NCBI RefSeq assembly: GCF_009914755.1
Contig: NC_060929.1
Source: the human T2T-CHM13v2.0 reference genome, Homo sapiens
Strand: one strand, 5' to 3'
Length of the DNA: 64,000 nucleotides
In this document: piece by piece, positions 14,756-32,313 of the stretch
How the letters are laid out: each line of letters opens with the position of its first letter
Position numbering within the stretch: position 1 is the stretch's first letter
The notes under the pieces: generated by a model
Databases searched by the model: none
Told to the model about the DNA's origin: nothing
The model's input: only the letters and a program-made list of their open reading frames with translations
Position numbers and translations under genes: made by a program

Positions 14756-15090
14756 TGCCTAAGACCAACTGAGTTCCTGGGGAGAGAGGTGGCTGTCTTT
14801 GCTGCTGCTGCCTGCTGTCTAAGCCTTCTGAGCTCCCTGTGGAAGGTGTAGCAGCCATCACTGTGGCTATTTAAGACAACTGAACTTCCCGAGGGAGGGG
14901 TGGCCATCATCACTGCAGCTGCCTGCTGTCTAAACTGCCTGAGTTCCCTGGATGAGGGGTAGCAACCATCACTTCAGCTGCCTAAGAAAACTGAGCTCCC
15001 TGGAGGAGGGACAACTTCCAGTATTGTGGCTGCTAACTACCTAAGACACTGAACTCCCGGTGGGAAAGGGTGGCAGCCAGCACTGTAGCT
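14756..15090 (+). repeat. Six-unit tandem array (about 51-60 bp units) inside the L1 5' UTR
   Basis: Recurring 'ctaag..ctga(g/a)(c/t)tccc.gg..gagggg..gc.(g/a)ccatcactg..gct' units. Confidence 0.75.
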
Positions 15091-15852
15091 CAAGGCCACG
15101 TTTTTCCCCTGCAGGAGCCAGGGAGACTGGACGGCTTGGTCCCAAGAAGTATTCCCCACAGTGCAGCACACCAACTATGGTAGATAGTGGCCAGACTGCC
15201 TCTTTAGGCTGGAACCTGACCCATCCCTCCTTACTGGGTGGGGCCTCCCTGCAAGAACTTCAGCAACTCCACACAGGGGCTTAGGGACAGAACACTGATC
15301 TCCCTGGGCCTAAGCCTCTAGGATGAGGAAGGGTTGTAGTCTCCATGGACCAGTAGGCTTAGTTTTCCCCCTGCTAGCCCTGAGGAATCTGGGAAGCCCA
15401 GACAAGTGGCTTTACCCCCAGCACAGCACACCCCCTCCACCAAGGGACAGCCAAATTGCTTGGTTAAATGGGTCCTGGTTCCCATGCCCCCAACTGGGTG
15501 AGACCCGGCAACAGAAGTTATCAGACACCCTATACAGGAGTGTTCCTGCTGGCATCAGGTCAGTGCTCCCCAAGGTCAGAGATCCCAGAGGAAGGAGCCG
15601 GGCACCCATCTTTGTTGTCCTCCAGCCTCCTCGGGTGACATCTCCAGATGCGGGAGTGCCCCAGATGAATAGGGCCTGAAGTGAACCCGCAGCAAACTGC
15701 AGCAGCCCTACAGAAGAGAAACCTGACTACTGAAAAAAATAATAATAATTAAAAAAACAGAAAGCAACAACAGCATCAACAAAAAGGTCCCCACAAAAAC
15801 CTCATCTAAGGGTCAGCAGCCTCAAAGATCAAAAATAGACAAACTCATGAAG

Positions 15853-16890
15853 ATGAGAAAGAATTTTTTAAAAATGCTGAAAATGCAAAAGGCCAGAGTG
15901 CCTCTTCTCCCTCAAATGATAGTGACACCTCTCTAGCAAGGGCAAAGAACTGGACAGAGGATGAAATGAACAAATTAACAGAAGTAGGCTTCAGAAAGTG
16001 GGTAATAAAAAACTTCACTGAGGTAAAGGAGCATGTTCTAACCCAACGCAAAGAATCTAAGAACCATGATAAAAGGTTACAGCAGCTGGTAACTAGAATA
16101 ATAAGTTTAGAGAGGAGCATAAATGACCTGATGGAGCTAAAAAAACACAGCACAAGAAATTTGTGATGCATACACTAGTATCAATAGCAGAAAAAAATCA
16201 AGCAGAAGAAAGAATATCAGAACTTGAAGACTATCTCACTGAAATAAGGCAGGCAGACAAGATTAGAAGAAGAAAAAAAAAAGAATAAAAAGGAATGAAC
16301 AAAACCTCCGAGAACTATGGGACCATGTAAAAAGACTGAACCTACAACTGATATGAGTACCTGAAAGAGACTGGGAGAATGGAACCAAGCTGGAAAACAC
16401 ACTTCAGGATATAATACGGGAGAACTTCCCCAACCTGGCAAGACAGGCCAACTTTAAAATTCAGGAAACACAGAGAACCCCACTAAGATACTCCACGAGA
16501 GAATCAATCTGAAGACATATAATCATGAGATTCTCCAAGGTTGAAATCAAGGAAAAAATGTTAAGAGAAGCTAGAGAGAAAGGCTAGGTTACCTACAAAG
16601 GGAAGCCCATCACCATTAACAGTGACAGTTTCTGTCAGCAGAAACCCTACAAGCCAGAGGAGAGTGGGGGCCAATATTAAACCTTCTTAAAGAAAAGAAT
16701 TTTCAACCCAGATTTTCACATCCAGCCAAACTAAGCTTCATAAAGGAAGAAGAAATAAAATCCTTTTCAAACAAGCAAATGCTGAGGGACTTTGTCACCA
16801 CTAGGCTGGCCTTGCAAGAGCTTCTGAAGGCAGGACTAAATATGGAAAGGAAAAACTGGTACCAGCCACTGCAAAAACACACTGAACTAC
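15853..16890 (+). pseudogene. Disrupted L1 ORF1 (RNA-binding chaperone)
   Basis: ORF-track fragment MNKLTEVGFRKWVIKNFTEVKEHVLTQRKE...LERSINDLMELK; frameshifts and stops. Confidence 0.85.
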
Positions 16891-16948
16891 AAAGACCAAT
16901 GACAGAAACTGCATCAAATAGTGTGCAAAATAACCAGCCAACATCATG

Positions 16949-19900
16949 ATGACAGGATCAAATTCACACATAACAATATTAACCTTAAATGTAAATGGAC
17001 TAAATGCCCGAATTAAGACACAGACTGGCAAATTGGATAAATAAAGACCCATTGGTGTGCTGTATTCAAGAGACCCATCTCATGTTCAAAGACACACATG
17101 GCCTCAAAATAAAGGTATGGAAGAAAATTTACCAAGCAAATAGAAAGCAGAAAAAAAGCAGGGGTTGAAATCCTAGTTTCTGACAAAACAGACTTTAAAC
17201 CAACAATGATCAAAAAAGACAAAGAAGGTCATTATGTAAGGGTAAAAGCATTACTCCACCAAGAAGAGCTAACTATCCTAAATGTATATACATCCAATAT
17301 AAGAGCACCTAGATTCATGTAGCAAGTTCTCAGAGACCTACAAAGAGACTTAGACTCCCACACAATAATAATGGGAGACTTTAACACCCAAATGTCAAAT
17401 ATTAGACAGATCATCGAGACAAACATTAACAAGGATATTAAGGACTTGAACTCAGCTCTGGATCAAGTGGACCTGACAGATATCTACAGAACTCTCCACC
17501 CTAAAACAACAGAATATACACTCTGCTCAAGTATCTCATGGTACTCACTCTAAATTCATTACATAATTGGAAGAAAAGTACTCCTCAGCAAATGCAAAAT
17601 AATTGAAATTATAATAGTCTCTCAGACTACAGTGCAATCAAATTAGAACTCAGGATTAAGAAACTCACTCAAAACCACACAACTACATGGAAATTGAACA
17701 ACCTGCTCCTGAATGAATGCTAAGTAAAAAAAATGGCATTAAGGCAGAAATCAAGCAGTTCTGTGAAACCAATGAGAACATAGACACAATGTACCAGAAC
17801 CTCTGGGACACAGCTAAGGCAGGGTTAAAAGGAAATTTATAGCACTAAATGCTCACATCAGAAAGGTACAAAGATCTCAGATTGACACCCTAACATCACA
17901 ATTAAAAGAGCTAGAGAAGTAAGAGCAAACAAATCCAAAGGCTAGAAGATGACAAGAAATAACTAAGATCAGAGCAGAACTGAATGAGTTAGAGCCTTGA
18001 AACGTCCTTCAAAAATTCAGCGAATCTAGGAGCTGGTTTTTTGAAAAAACTAACAAAATAGATAGACTAATAAAGCTAGATTAATAAAGAAGAAAAGAGA
18101 GAAGAATCAAATACACACAATAAAAAATGATAAAGGGTACATCACTACTGATCCCACAGAAATACAAACTACCATCAGAGAATACTATAAACACCTCAAT
18201 GCAAATAAACTAGAAAATCTAGAGGAAACTGATAAATTCCTGGACACATACACCCTCGTAAGTTTAAAAAAGTAAGAAGTCAAATCCTTGAGTAGACCAA
18301 AAACAAGTTCTAAAATTGAGGCATTAATTAATAGACTACCAATCAAAAAAAAAAAGCACAGGACCACAAAGATTCACATCCAAATTCTACCAGAGGTACA
18401 AAGAGGAGCTGGTACAATTCCTTCTAAAACTATTCCAAATAATTGAAATGGAGGGACTCCTCCCTAAATCATTCTATGAAGCCAGCACCATCCTGATACC
18501 AAAACCTGGCAGAGAAACCACAAAAAAAGAACACACTTCAGGCCAATATCCCTGATGAACATTGATGCAAAAATTATCAATAAAATATACTAGCAAACTG
18601 AATCCAGCAGCACATCAAAAAGCTTATCCACCACGATCAAGTTGGCTTCATCCCTGGGAGGCAAGGCTGGTTCAACATACTCAATAAATGTAATCTATCA
18701 CATCAACAGAACAAATGACAAAAACCACATAACTATCATAATAGCTGCAGAAAAGGCCTTCAATAAAAATCAACATTTCTTCATGTTAAAAACTCTCAAT
18801 AAAGTAGGTGCTGATGGAACATATCACAAAGTAATAAGAACTACTTATGACAAACCCATAGGCAATATCATAGTGAATGGGCAAAAGCTGGAAGCATTCC
18901 CATTGAAAATGGGCACAAGACAACGTTGCCGTCTCTCACCACTCCTACCCAACATAGTATTGGAAGTTCTGGCCATGGCAATCTGGCAAGATAAAGAAAT
19001 AAAGGTATTCAAATAGGAAGAGAGGAAGTCAAATTGTCTCTGTTTGGAGATGACATGATTCTATATTCAGAAAACCCCATCATCTCAGTCCCAAAACTCC
19101 TTTAGCTGATAAGCAACTTCAGCAATCTCTCAGGATACAAAAACAATGTGCAAAAATCACAAGCATTCCTACACACCAACAATAGACAGGCAGACAGCCA
19201 AATCATAAATGAACTCCCATTCACAATTAGTACAAAGAGAATAAAATACCTAAGAATAGAGCTAACAAGGGATGTGAAGGACCTCTTCAAGGAGAACTAC
19301 AAACCACTGCTCAAGGAAATAAGGACACAACCAAATGGAAAAACATTCCATGTTCATGGATAGGAAGAATCAATATAGTGAAAATGGCCATACCGCCCAA
19401 AGTAATTTATAGATTCAATGCTATTCCCATCAAATTACCATTGACATTCTTCACAGAATCAGAAAAGAACTACTTTAAACTTTACATGGAACCAAAAAAG
19501 AGCTCAGATAGCCAAGACAATCCTAAGCAAAAAGAACAGAGCTGGAGGCATCATGCTGCCTGACTTCAAACTATACTTCAAGTCTACAGTAATCAAAACA
19601 GCATGGTACTGACACCAAAACAGACATATAGACCAATGGAACAGAACAGAGACCTCACAAAAAACACCACACATCTAGAACCATCTGATCTTTGACAAAC
19701 CTGACAAAAACAAGCAATGGGGAAAGGATTCCCTATTTTACAAATAGTGCTGGGAAAACTGGCTAACCATAGGCAGAGAACTCAAACTGGACCTGTTCCT
19801 TATCCCTTATAAAAAAATTAACTCAAGAGGGATTAAAGGCTTAAATGTAAAACCAAAACTATAAAAACCCTAGAAGAAAACCTAGGCAATACCACTCAGG

Positions 19901-20763
19901 ACATAGGCATGGGCAAAGATTTTATGATGAAAACACTAAAAGCAACTACAACAAAAGCTAAAATTGACAAATGGGATCTAATTAAACTAAAAAGCTTCTG
20001 CACAACAAAAGAAACTATCATCAGAGTGAACAGGCAACCTACAGAATGGGAGAAAATTTTTACAATCTACCCATCTGCCAAAGGTCTAATATCCAGAATC
20101 TACAAGAAACTTAAACAAATTTACAAGAATAAAACAACCCCATCAAAAAGTGTGCAAAGGATATGAACAGACACTTCTCAAAAGAAGATATTTATGTGGC
20201 CAACAAACATATGAAAAAAGCGTAAAACCTCTGATTATTAGAGAAATGCAAATCAAAACCAAAATGAGATACCATCTCATGCCAATCAGAATGGTGATTA
20301 TTAAAAAATCAAGAAACAATAGATGCTGGCAAGGTTGTGGAGAAATAGGAAGGCTTTTATGCTGTTTGTGGGAATGTAAATTAGTTCAACCATTGTGGAA
20401 GACAGTGTGGCAATTCCTCAAGGATCTAGAATCAGAAATACCATTTGACCCAGAATCCCATTACTGAGTATATACCCAAAGGAATATAAATCATTCTATT
20501 ATGAAGATACATGCGTACATATGTTTATTTCAGCACTATTCACAATAGCAAAGACTTGGAACCAACCCAAATGCCCATTCATGATAGACTGGATAAAGAA
20601 AATGTGATACATATACACCATGGAATACTATGTAACCATAAAAAGGAATGAGATCATGTCCTTTGCAGGGACATGGATGAAGCTGGAAGCCATCATCCTC
20701 AGCAAACTAACACAGGAACAGAAAATCAAGTACCACATGTTCTCACTAATAAGTGGGAACTGA
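16949..20763 (+). pseudogene. Disrupted L1 ORF2 (endonuclease/reverse transcriptase)
   Basis: Starts ATG ACA GGA TCA AAT. Fragments GDFNT..., [10 protein letters not shown]..., [26 protein letters not shown]; many stops and frameshifts. Confidence 0.9.
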
Positions 20764-21600
20764 ACAATGAGAACACATGGACACATGGAAGGGAACAACA
20801 CATGCTAGGGCCAGACAGCAGGCTGGAGGGATGGAGAGCCTCAGGACAAATAGCTACTGCATGTGGGGCTTAATACCTAGGAGATGGGTTGATAGGTGCA
20901 GCAAACCACCATGTCACACATTTAGCTACGTAACAGACCTGAATGTTCTGCATATGTATTCTGTAACCTAAAATAAAATAAAATTATAAAAAAATAGCAA
21001 CTCATGGTGGATCAATGACTTAAATTTAAGACCTGAAACCATAAGGATTATAGTAGATAACATTGGAAAACCCTTTCTAGACATTGGCTTAGGCAAAGGC
21101 TTCATGACCAGAACCAAAAAGCAAATGCAACAAAGCAAAGATAAATAGATGGAACTTAATTAAACTAAAAATCATCTGCACAGTGAAAGAAATAATCAAC
21201 AGAGTAAACAGACAATCCACAAAGGGGAAGAAAATCACCAAAATCTATACATCTGACAAATGACTAATATCCAGAATCTACAGGGAACTCAAACAAATCA
21301 GCAAGAAAAAAAAATCTCATCAAAAAGTGGGCTAAGGAAAGGACATGAATTGACAGTTCTCAAAAGAAGATATACAAATGGCCAACAAACATATTTTAAA
21401 AAGCTCTCTATCACTAATTATCAAGGAAATGCAAATCAAAACCACAGTGTGATACCACCTTATTCCTGCAAGAATTGCCACGATAAAAAAAAAATAGATG
21501 TTGGTGTGGATGTGGTGAAAAGGGAGCACTGTTGGTGGAAATGTAAGCTAGCACAACCACCATGAAAACAGTATGGAGATTCCTCAAAGAACTAAAAGTA

Positions 21601-23441
<1,841 letters not shown>

Positions 23442-23504
23442 TATGATGTTAGCTCGTTATTTTGCTCGTTAATTGATGCAGTTTCTTCCTAGCATCAACA
23501 GTCT

Positions 23505-24537
23505 TTACAATTTGGCATGTTTTTGCAGTGGCTGGTACCGGTTGTTCATTTCCATGTTTAGTGCTTCTTTCAGGAGTTCTTGTAAGGCAGGCCTGGTGAT
23601 GACAAAATCTCTCAGCATTTGCTCGTCTGTAAAGGATTTTATTTCTCCTTCACTTATGAAGCTTAGTTTGGCTGGATATGAAATTCTGGTTTGAAAATTA
23701 TTTTCTTTGAGAATGTTGAATATTGGCCCCCACTCTCTTCTGGCTTGTAGAGTTTCTGCCGAGAGATCCAGAAACTCTCTTATTAGTTAGTCTGATGGGC
23801 TTCCCTTTGTGGGTAACCCGACCTTTCTCTCTGGCTGCCCTTAACATTATTTCCTTCATTTCAACTTTGGTGAATCTGACAATTATGTATCTTGGTGTTG
23901 CTCTTCTCGAGGAGTATCTTTGTGTCATTCTCTGTATTTCCTGAATTTGAATGTTGGCCTGCCTTGCTAGGTTGGGGAAGTTCTCCTGGATAATACCCTG
24001 AAGAGTGTTTTCAAACTTGGTTCCATTCTCCCCATCACTTTCAGGCAGACCAATTGACATAGACTTGGTCTTTTCACATAGTCCCATATTTCTTGGAGGC
24101 TTTGTTCTTTTTAGTCTTTTTTCTCTAAACTTCTCTTCTCGCTTCATTTCATTCATTTGATCTTCAATCACTGATACCCTTTCTTCCAGTTGATCGAATT
24201 GGCTACTGAAGCTTGTGCATGCATCACATAGTTCTCGTGCCATGGTTTTCAGCTCCATCAGGTCATTTAAGGTCTTCTCTATGCTGTTTATTCTAGTTAG
24301 CCATTTGTCCAATCCTTTTTCAAGGTTTTTAGCTTCTTTGCGATGGGTTTGAACATCCTCCTTTAGCTTGGAGAAGTTTGTTATTACCAATCGTCTGAAG
24401 CCTTCTTCTCTCAACTCGTCAAAGTCATTCTCCAGCCAGCTTCGTTCCATCGCTGGCGAGGAGCTGCATTCCTTTGGAAGAGAAAAGGCGCTCTGAATTT
24501 TAGAATTTTCAGCTTTTCTGCTCTGGTTTCTCCCCAT
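23505..24537 (-). pseudogene. L1 ORF1, inverted and frameshifted near its 3' end
   Basis: MGRNQSRKAENSK...LKTMARELCDACTS...ENFPNLARQANIQIQEIQR...GRVTHKGKPIRLT within the 360-aa ORF 23698-24780. Confidence 0.92.
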
Positions 24538-25064
24538 CTTTGTGGTTTTATCTACCTTTGGTCTTTGATGATAGTGACATACAGATGGGGTTTTGGTGTG
24601 GAAGTCTTTTCTGTTTGTTAGTTTTCCTTCTAACAGGTCCTTCAGCTGCAGGTCTGTTGGAGTTTGCTGGAGGTCCACTCCAGACCCTCTTTGCCTGGGT
24701 ATCACCAGCAGAGGCTGCAGAACAGCAAATATTGCAGAATGGCAAATGTTGCTGCCTGATCCTTCCTCTGGAAGCTTCATCTCAGAGGGGCACCCGGCTG
24801 TATGAGGTGTCAGTCGGCCCCTACTGGGAGGTGCCTCTTAGGCTACTCGGGGGTCAGGGACCCACTTGAGGAGGCAGTCTGTCAGTTCTCAGATCTCAAC
24901 CTCCATGCTGGGAGAACAACTACTCTCTTCAAAGTTGTCAGACAGGGACATTTAAGTCTGCAGAAGTTTCTGCTGTCTTTTGTTCAGCTATGCCCTGCTC
25001 CCAGAGGTGGATTCTACAGAGGCAGGCAGGCCTCCTTGAGCCGCGGTGGGCTCCACCCAGTTGA

Positions 25065-27095
<2,031 letters not shown>

Positions 27096-29126
27096 ACAAT
27101 GAGAACACTTGGACACAGGGTGGTGAACATCACACACTGGGCCCTGTCACAGGGTGGGGGGAGGAGGGAGGGATAGCATTAGGAGATATACCTAATGTAA
27201 ATGATGAGTTAATGGGTGCATCACACCAACATGTCACATGTATACATATGTAACAAACCTGCACGTTGTGCACATGTACCCTAGAACTTAAAGTATAATA
27301 ATAATTAAAAAAAAGAACTAAAAGTAAATCTGCTGTTTGATCCAGAAATTCCACTCCTGGGTATCTACCCAGAGGAAAATAATACATTATATGGAAAAGA
27401 TACTTGCACATGCATGTTTAGAGCAGCACAATTTGCAATTGCAAAAATATGGAACCAGCTCACATGCTTATCAATCAATGAGTAGATAAAGAAAACATGG
27501 TATGCATATACCATACTACTCAGCCATAAAAAAGAATCAAATAATAGCATTCACCGCAACCTGGATGGAATTGGGGACCATTATTCTAAGTGAAGTAACT
27601 CAGGAATGGAGAACCAAACATTGTATGTTCTCACTTATAAGTGGGAGCTAATCTATGAGGATGCAAAGGCATAAGAGTGATACAATGGACTCTGGGGACT
27701 TGGGGGAAGGATGGGAGGAGCGTGATGGATAAAAGACTACACATTGGGTACAGTGTACACTACTCAGGTGATAGGTGGACCAAAATCTCATAAATCACCC
27801 CTAAAGAACTTATTCATGTAACCAAACACAACCTCTTTCTCAAAAACCTATGGAAATAAAAAAAAAAAAAGTGATGAACTAGGATATCTGGCCTAAGAAA
27901 TATCTAAGCAACAAAGCATTCAGACATGGCATGGCAATTTTAATTGCATACTGTGAAATGTGACAGCAAACAGATGATTTAAAGATGAAATTTATAATTA
28001 AAAGGGAAGCAGAATGGCAAGATTTGGAAAATTCATAGACTGGACAGATAAAGAGTAAAAAAGCATGTTCAGGAGAAAGTATTGAGGGTGTAGCAAAGTG
28101 ACCATTTGCTAAACAGATTTTCATGGATAGAAGGGAGCCAGATGTTATTCATCAAAACAATGGGAGAAAGACCCCAAAGACACTTCAGAGACTTTTAAGG
28201 CTGCCCCTTCCATCACAGGCCCAGAGTTTTCAGAGGGCAGAGTGGTTTCAGGTGACAGGCCCAGGGCACTCTCCACAGGCTTGCTGCCCAGATCTCTCAT
28301 GGGTCTGTAGTCTCTGCATCCCAGCACAGTGCTCTTTGGCCATACTAGCTGTGGCTCAAGCAACCACAACTGTGGCTCAAGCTGCAACTCTGAAAAATGC
28401 AAGAGGCAAATCTTAGGGCCATTCATGTGGTATTAAGGTCTGCAGGCAGACAGAATGTAAAAGCTGTAGGGGCATTGCTTTCCCTACCTGAATGTCAAAG
28501 GGTATAGAAGGCAGCCTGGTAACCCAGGCAGAGACTGATTACAGGGGCAGAGCCACCTCAGAGATTCCCCAATAGTGCAATGCTGAATGAAACTGGGGAA
28601 GCAGGACTGCCATCAAGACCCCAGGACTGTAAAGCTACCACTGTAGCTCTACTGAGAGAGGTGAAGCATGGTCTGAGCTTAGCAAAGCCATGGGGACGGG
28701 GCTGCCAGAGCCCGTAGTGGTCCAACCCCTGCACCAGTGAGCTTAGGACAGGGAGCCAAGGAGATTATTCTCCAGCTTTAAGACAATATTATTTTCTCTG
28801 TTGAGTTTTGGACTTATTTGGGGTGTGTTAATCCTTTCTTCTTGCCTACGTCTCCCATTTGTAATAGGAATGTCTGTCCAATGCCCGTCCCCTGGTGTAT
28901 CTTGAAAATAGATAACTTGTTTAATCTGACATGCTTACAGCAAGAAGAAATTCGCCTCAAGGTGAATCATGCCATGAGTCTTACCCACATCTGATTTAGA
29001 TGAAACTTTAAACTTTGGACTTTTGAGTTGCTACTGAAATGAGTTAAGACTTTTGAGACAATTGGGATGGAATAACTGTATTTTGTATTGTGAGAAGGAC
29101 ATAAATTTGAGGAGTCAAGGTCAGAA

Positions 29127-29528
29127 TGCTATGGCTTAAATATGGTCCTCCAAAGTTCATACGTCAGTTAATCCTCAATCCAACTTAATCCTCAATCCAA
29201 CTTAATCCTCAATGCAACAGTGTTGGGAGGTGAAGCCCACCAAGATGGTTGGGTCATGAGAGAACTCTCCAGAATCGATTAATGTCATAATAGTGGAAGT
29301 GGATTAGTTATTTTCAGTGTGTGCTATAAAGTGAGTCCAGCCTCTGGTGCTTTACTTTCTGTCTCGTGTGCTTGCCTCTGCTTTTGACCTCTCACCATAG
29401 ATGACCCCTGCCAGATGCAACAGCCATGCTGTTGAACTTCCCAGCCTCCAGAACTGTGAGAAATAAATTTCTTTTCTTTATAAATTACCCAGTCTCAGGT
29501 ATTTTATTATAGACAATTAACTAGGACA
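29127..29528 (+). repeat. MST-type 3' LTR
   Basis: 'tgctatggcttaaatatgg...aacttcccagcctccagaactgtgagaaataaat...ctaggaca'; follows a purine-rich tract. Confidence 0.85.
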
Positions 29529-29639
29529 TCAGACATTTTAATTTTTGCAAATTTGACAAGTGAAAAACAAGTTACTTTGTTATTTCTTTATTTAATTATG
29601 AATAAAAGTGAACTTTTTTCATACACTTAAAATAAATGT

Positions 29640-29765
29640 ATTTTTATTTTATTTTTAGAGACAGGGTTTCACCATGTTGCCCAGGCTGGTCTCAAACTTC
29701 TGAGCTCAAGAGATTTGCTCACCTTGGCCTCCCAAAGTGCTAGGTGTGAGCCATTATGCCCAGTC
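29640..29765 (-). mobile_element. FLAM_C/Alu left monomer
   Basis: 'tagagacagggtttcaccatgttgcccaggctgg...gtgagccattatgcccagtc', flanked on both sides by aaaataaat. Confidence 0.8.
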
Positions 29766-30741
29766 AAAATAAATTTTTTTTTCCTGTCAATTACCTTTTT
29801 GTGCCCCCTGTCAATTTTTAAATAAATTACTGGTTCTTATTCTTATGCTGAAGAAACTAGCATTTTCAATGTCATATGTCATACAAAATTATTATTCCAA
29901 TTTATCACTTGATTATTTATTTTATTAAAGTTTTTTAGTGCAAAAGTTTTCCGTTTGTTAGGTATTCAAATTTACTAACTTTTCCTTTATGATTTCTAAG
30001 TTTTGTGACTTCTACACTCTGATTCAAAAATTATGCCGTATGTGTTCTTCTATGGTTAATTTTTATATTTAAATCTTTACTAGTCTGGAATTTAATTTAC
30101 TGAAGATAAGAAATAATTTTCAGACTTCATTATTTCATCCAATATGTTTTAAGAACCTACATTTAAAAAATACCTTTTTCTCAATGATTGGTTGGAGAAA
30201 TATGACTCCTAAAAAATAGACATTATGCTGGTTATTGACTTGAAAGATACTCTTTTTGTCATATTTTAAAATTATCTAGGTATTTCTGTTTTATTAAGAT
30301 ATTCTTTTTAAATTAAGAAACTTTTATTTTTGACCAATTTTTTGTGTCTATGGAGAGAATCATATGTTTCTCTTCTTCCCATTAATAAGGTGATTGATTA
30401 ATATCAGCTACTAGTAGAAGCTTCCACTAGATGGAATATTCAGCCATGGCATCAACCCTATTTCACTGAGGAATATTAATGTGCTGCTAAGTTCTATCTG
30501 TTTATATTTTACGTATTGTAACATTTTTACCCAAATCTAAGACAAGTTTAGTGTGGAATTCTCTTTAATCTATTTTTTAATTTAATAATAATATTGTATT
30601 TTATTAAAAGGCTTTATTTCATAAATAAATGAAGCTTGATTTCTCCCTCAGTGATCCAGAACTAATAGTTTTGGAGTTTTCTGCATATTAAAGGTTTTAT
30701 AGAATTTACCTGGAAACCATGTGAATTAGCTTCCACTAGAT

Positions 30742-30892
30742 CAGCAGTTCTCACACTTTGGTATACCTCAACATCACTCAAAAGGCTTGGTAAATGGAGT
30801 TTCTTTTTCAGGAAATTGAAGGTAGCACCCAAGAATTTGCAGTTTTAACAAGCTGATGCTATTAGTCTTAGGACCACATATTAAGAACTATT
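30742..30892. mobile_element. MER5A-like hAT element
   Basis: 'cagcagttctcacacttt...cccaagaatttgcagttttaacaag...gaccacatattaagaactattg', with ctaga on both flanks as is typical of MER5 targets. Confidence 0.7.
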
Positions 30893-31954
30893 GCCCTAGA
30901 ATTTGTTGCAGTAACAACACAAAAGTACCAAAAACAGAGTTTTATTTCTTCATCACAATTCATACTGGCTATGTGTCAGCCAACAATCCCTGGAAGTCTT
31001 CTATGGGTCTTCTCATCCTTGGATCCAGACTGCCAAATTTTCATATTATGGGAAAAGAAGAAGGGCAATATTACGCTATAGCTCTTAAAGTTTTGACCAA
31101 AAAATGGTGTATTTCACTTCTGTTTTGATTTTATGGACTCAAGCAAGTCACATTGTCAACCCTTATGTCAATGGGATTGGAGAAGGAGAGATAGAATTGA
31201 GGACAATAATTCAAACTACCATAAAAGCCATATGAGAGGTTAACTCTTTGAGAGTTTTTATGTAATGTGATTGATAGGTTTGAGATTTTCATGTCTTCTA
31301 TTACTGCAAAAATAATCCATTTAATCTTCTATATCAGTTTTGTTTGCACAAAATAGAAAAATTTTTTTCATTTATTGAATCATTTAAAATTAAGTTGCAT
31401 TTTAGATGCAAAAGAATGCAAGATAGAGCATTGCAGATTAAAAGATTATTAACATACTCAAAGAAGGTGTTTTCTTTTTTTATTATTTTCTTAGTTTAAT
31501 TTCAAAGGAATGTAGTCTGAAGTTCATGTAGTGACTCTACAATTATTCGATGGACCAGACTTAATTCCAGCACATAATTCTGCCATTCCTTGGTGTGGCT
31601 CTTGTCATCACAGGCTAATATAGTGACTAAAGTTTCAGTTTCTGATCTGCATACCAGGCAGCAAGATGAAAAAAGAACAGTTGTGGAACAGACACCCACC
31701 AGCTGCTTTTGAGAATAGCTTTAATAGCAGCAACATGACATTTCTGATGCCAGTTGTAAGGAAGGCTGGACAATAAAACTTTGTGGGTAGCTATGTATCT
31801 AGCTAAAAGTTTGGGATTCTATTACTAAGGAAGGAAATAAAATATACTGGGCATAGCAAATATTGATCTCTCTTACATACTTCCAATTTCCCAAGTATCA
31901 GAAGTTATTTTCTACTCCCATCTACTTTCATTTGCAATTTTTTCTTTCTTTTAA

Positions 31955-32313
<359 letters not shown>

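Larger units (their letters stand above)
14374..20994 (+). mobile_element. Full-length LINE-1, L1PA11-13-like
   Basis: 5' UTR start 'ggccaagatggccgactagaagcag', disrupted ORF1 and ORF2, 3' UTR 'caggacaaatagcta...gcttaatacctagg...gttgataggtgcagcaaaccacc', A-rich tail. TSD aaaaat(ag)caactc at 14362-14373 and 20990-21003. Confidence 0.92.

Noticed and set aside
14756-15090. Regularly spaced repeats superficially like a CRISPR array
   Set aside because: The units are diverged tandem copies without unique spacers, lie inside an L1 5' UTR in primate DNA, and no cas genes are present.
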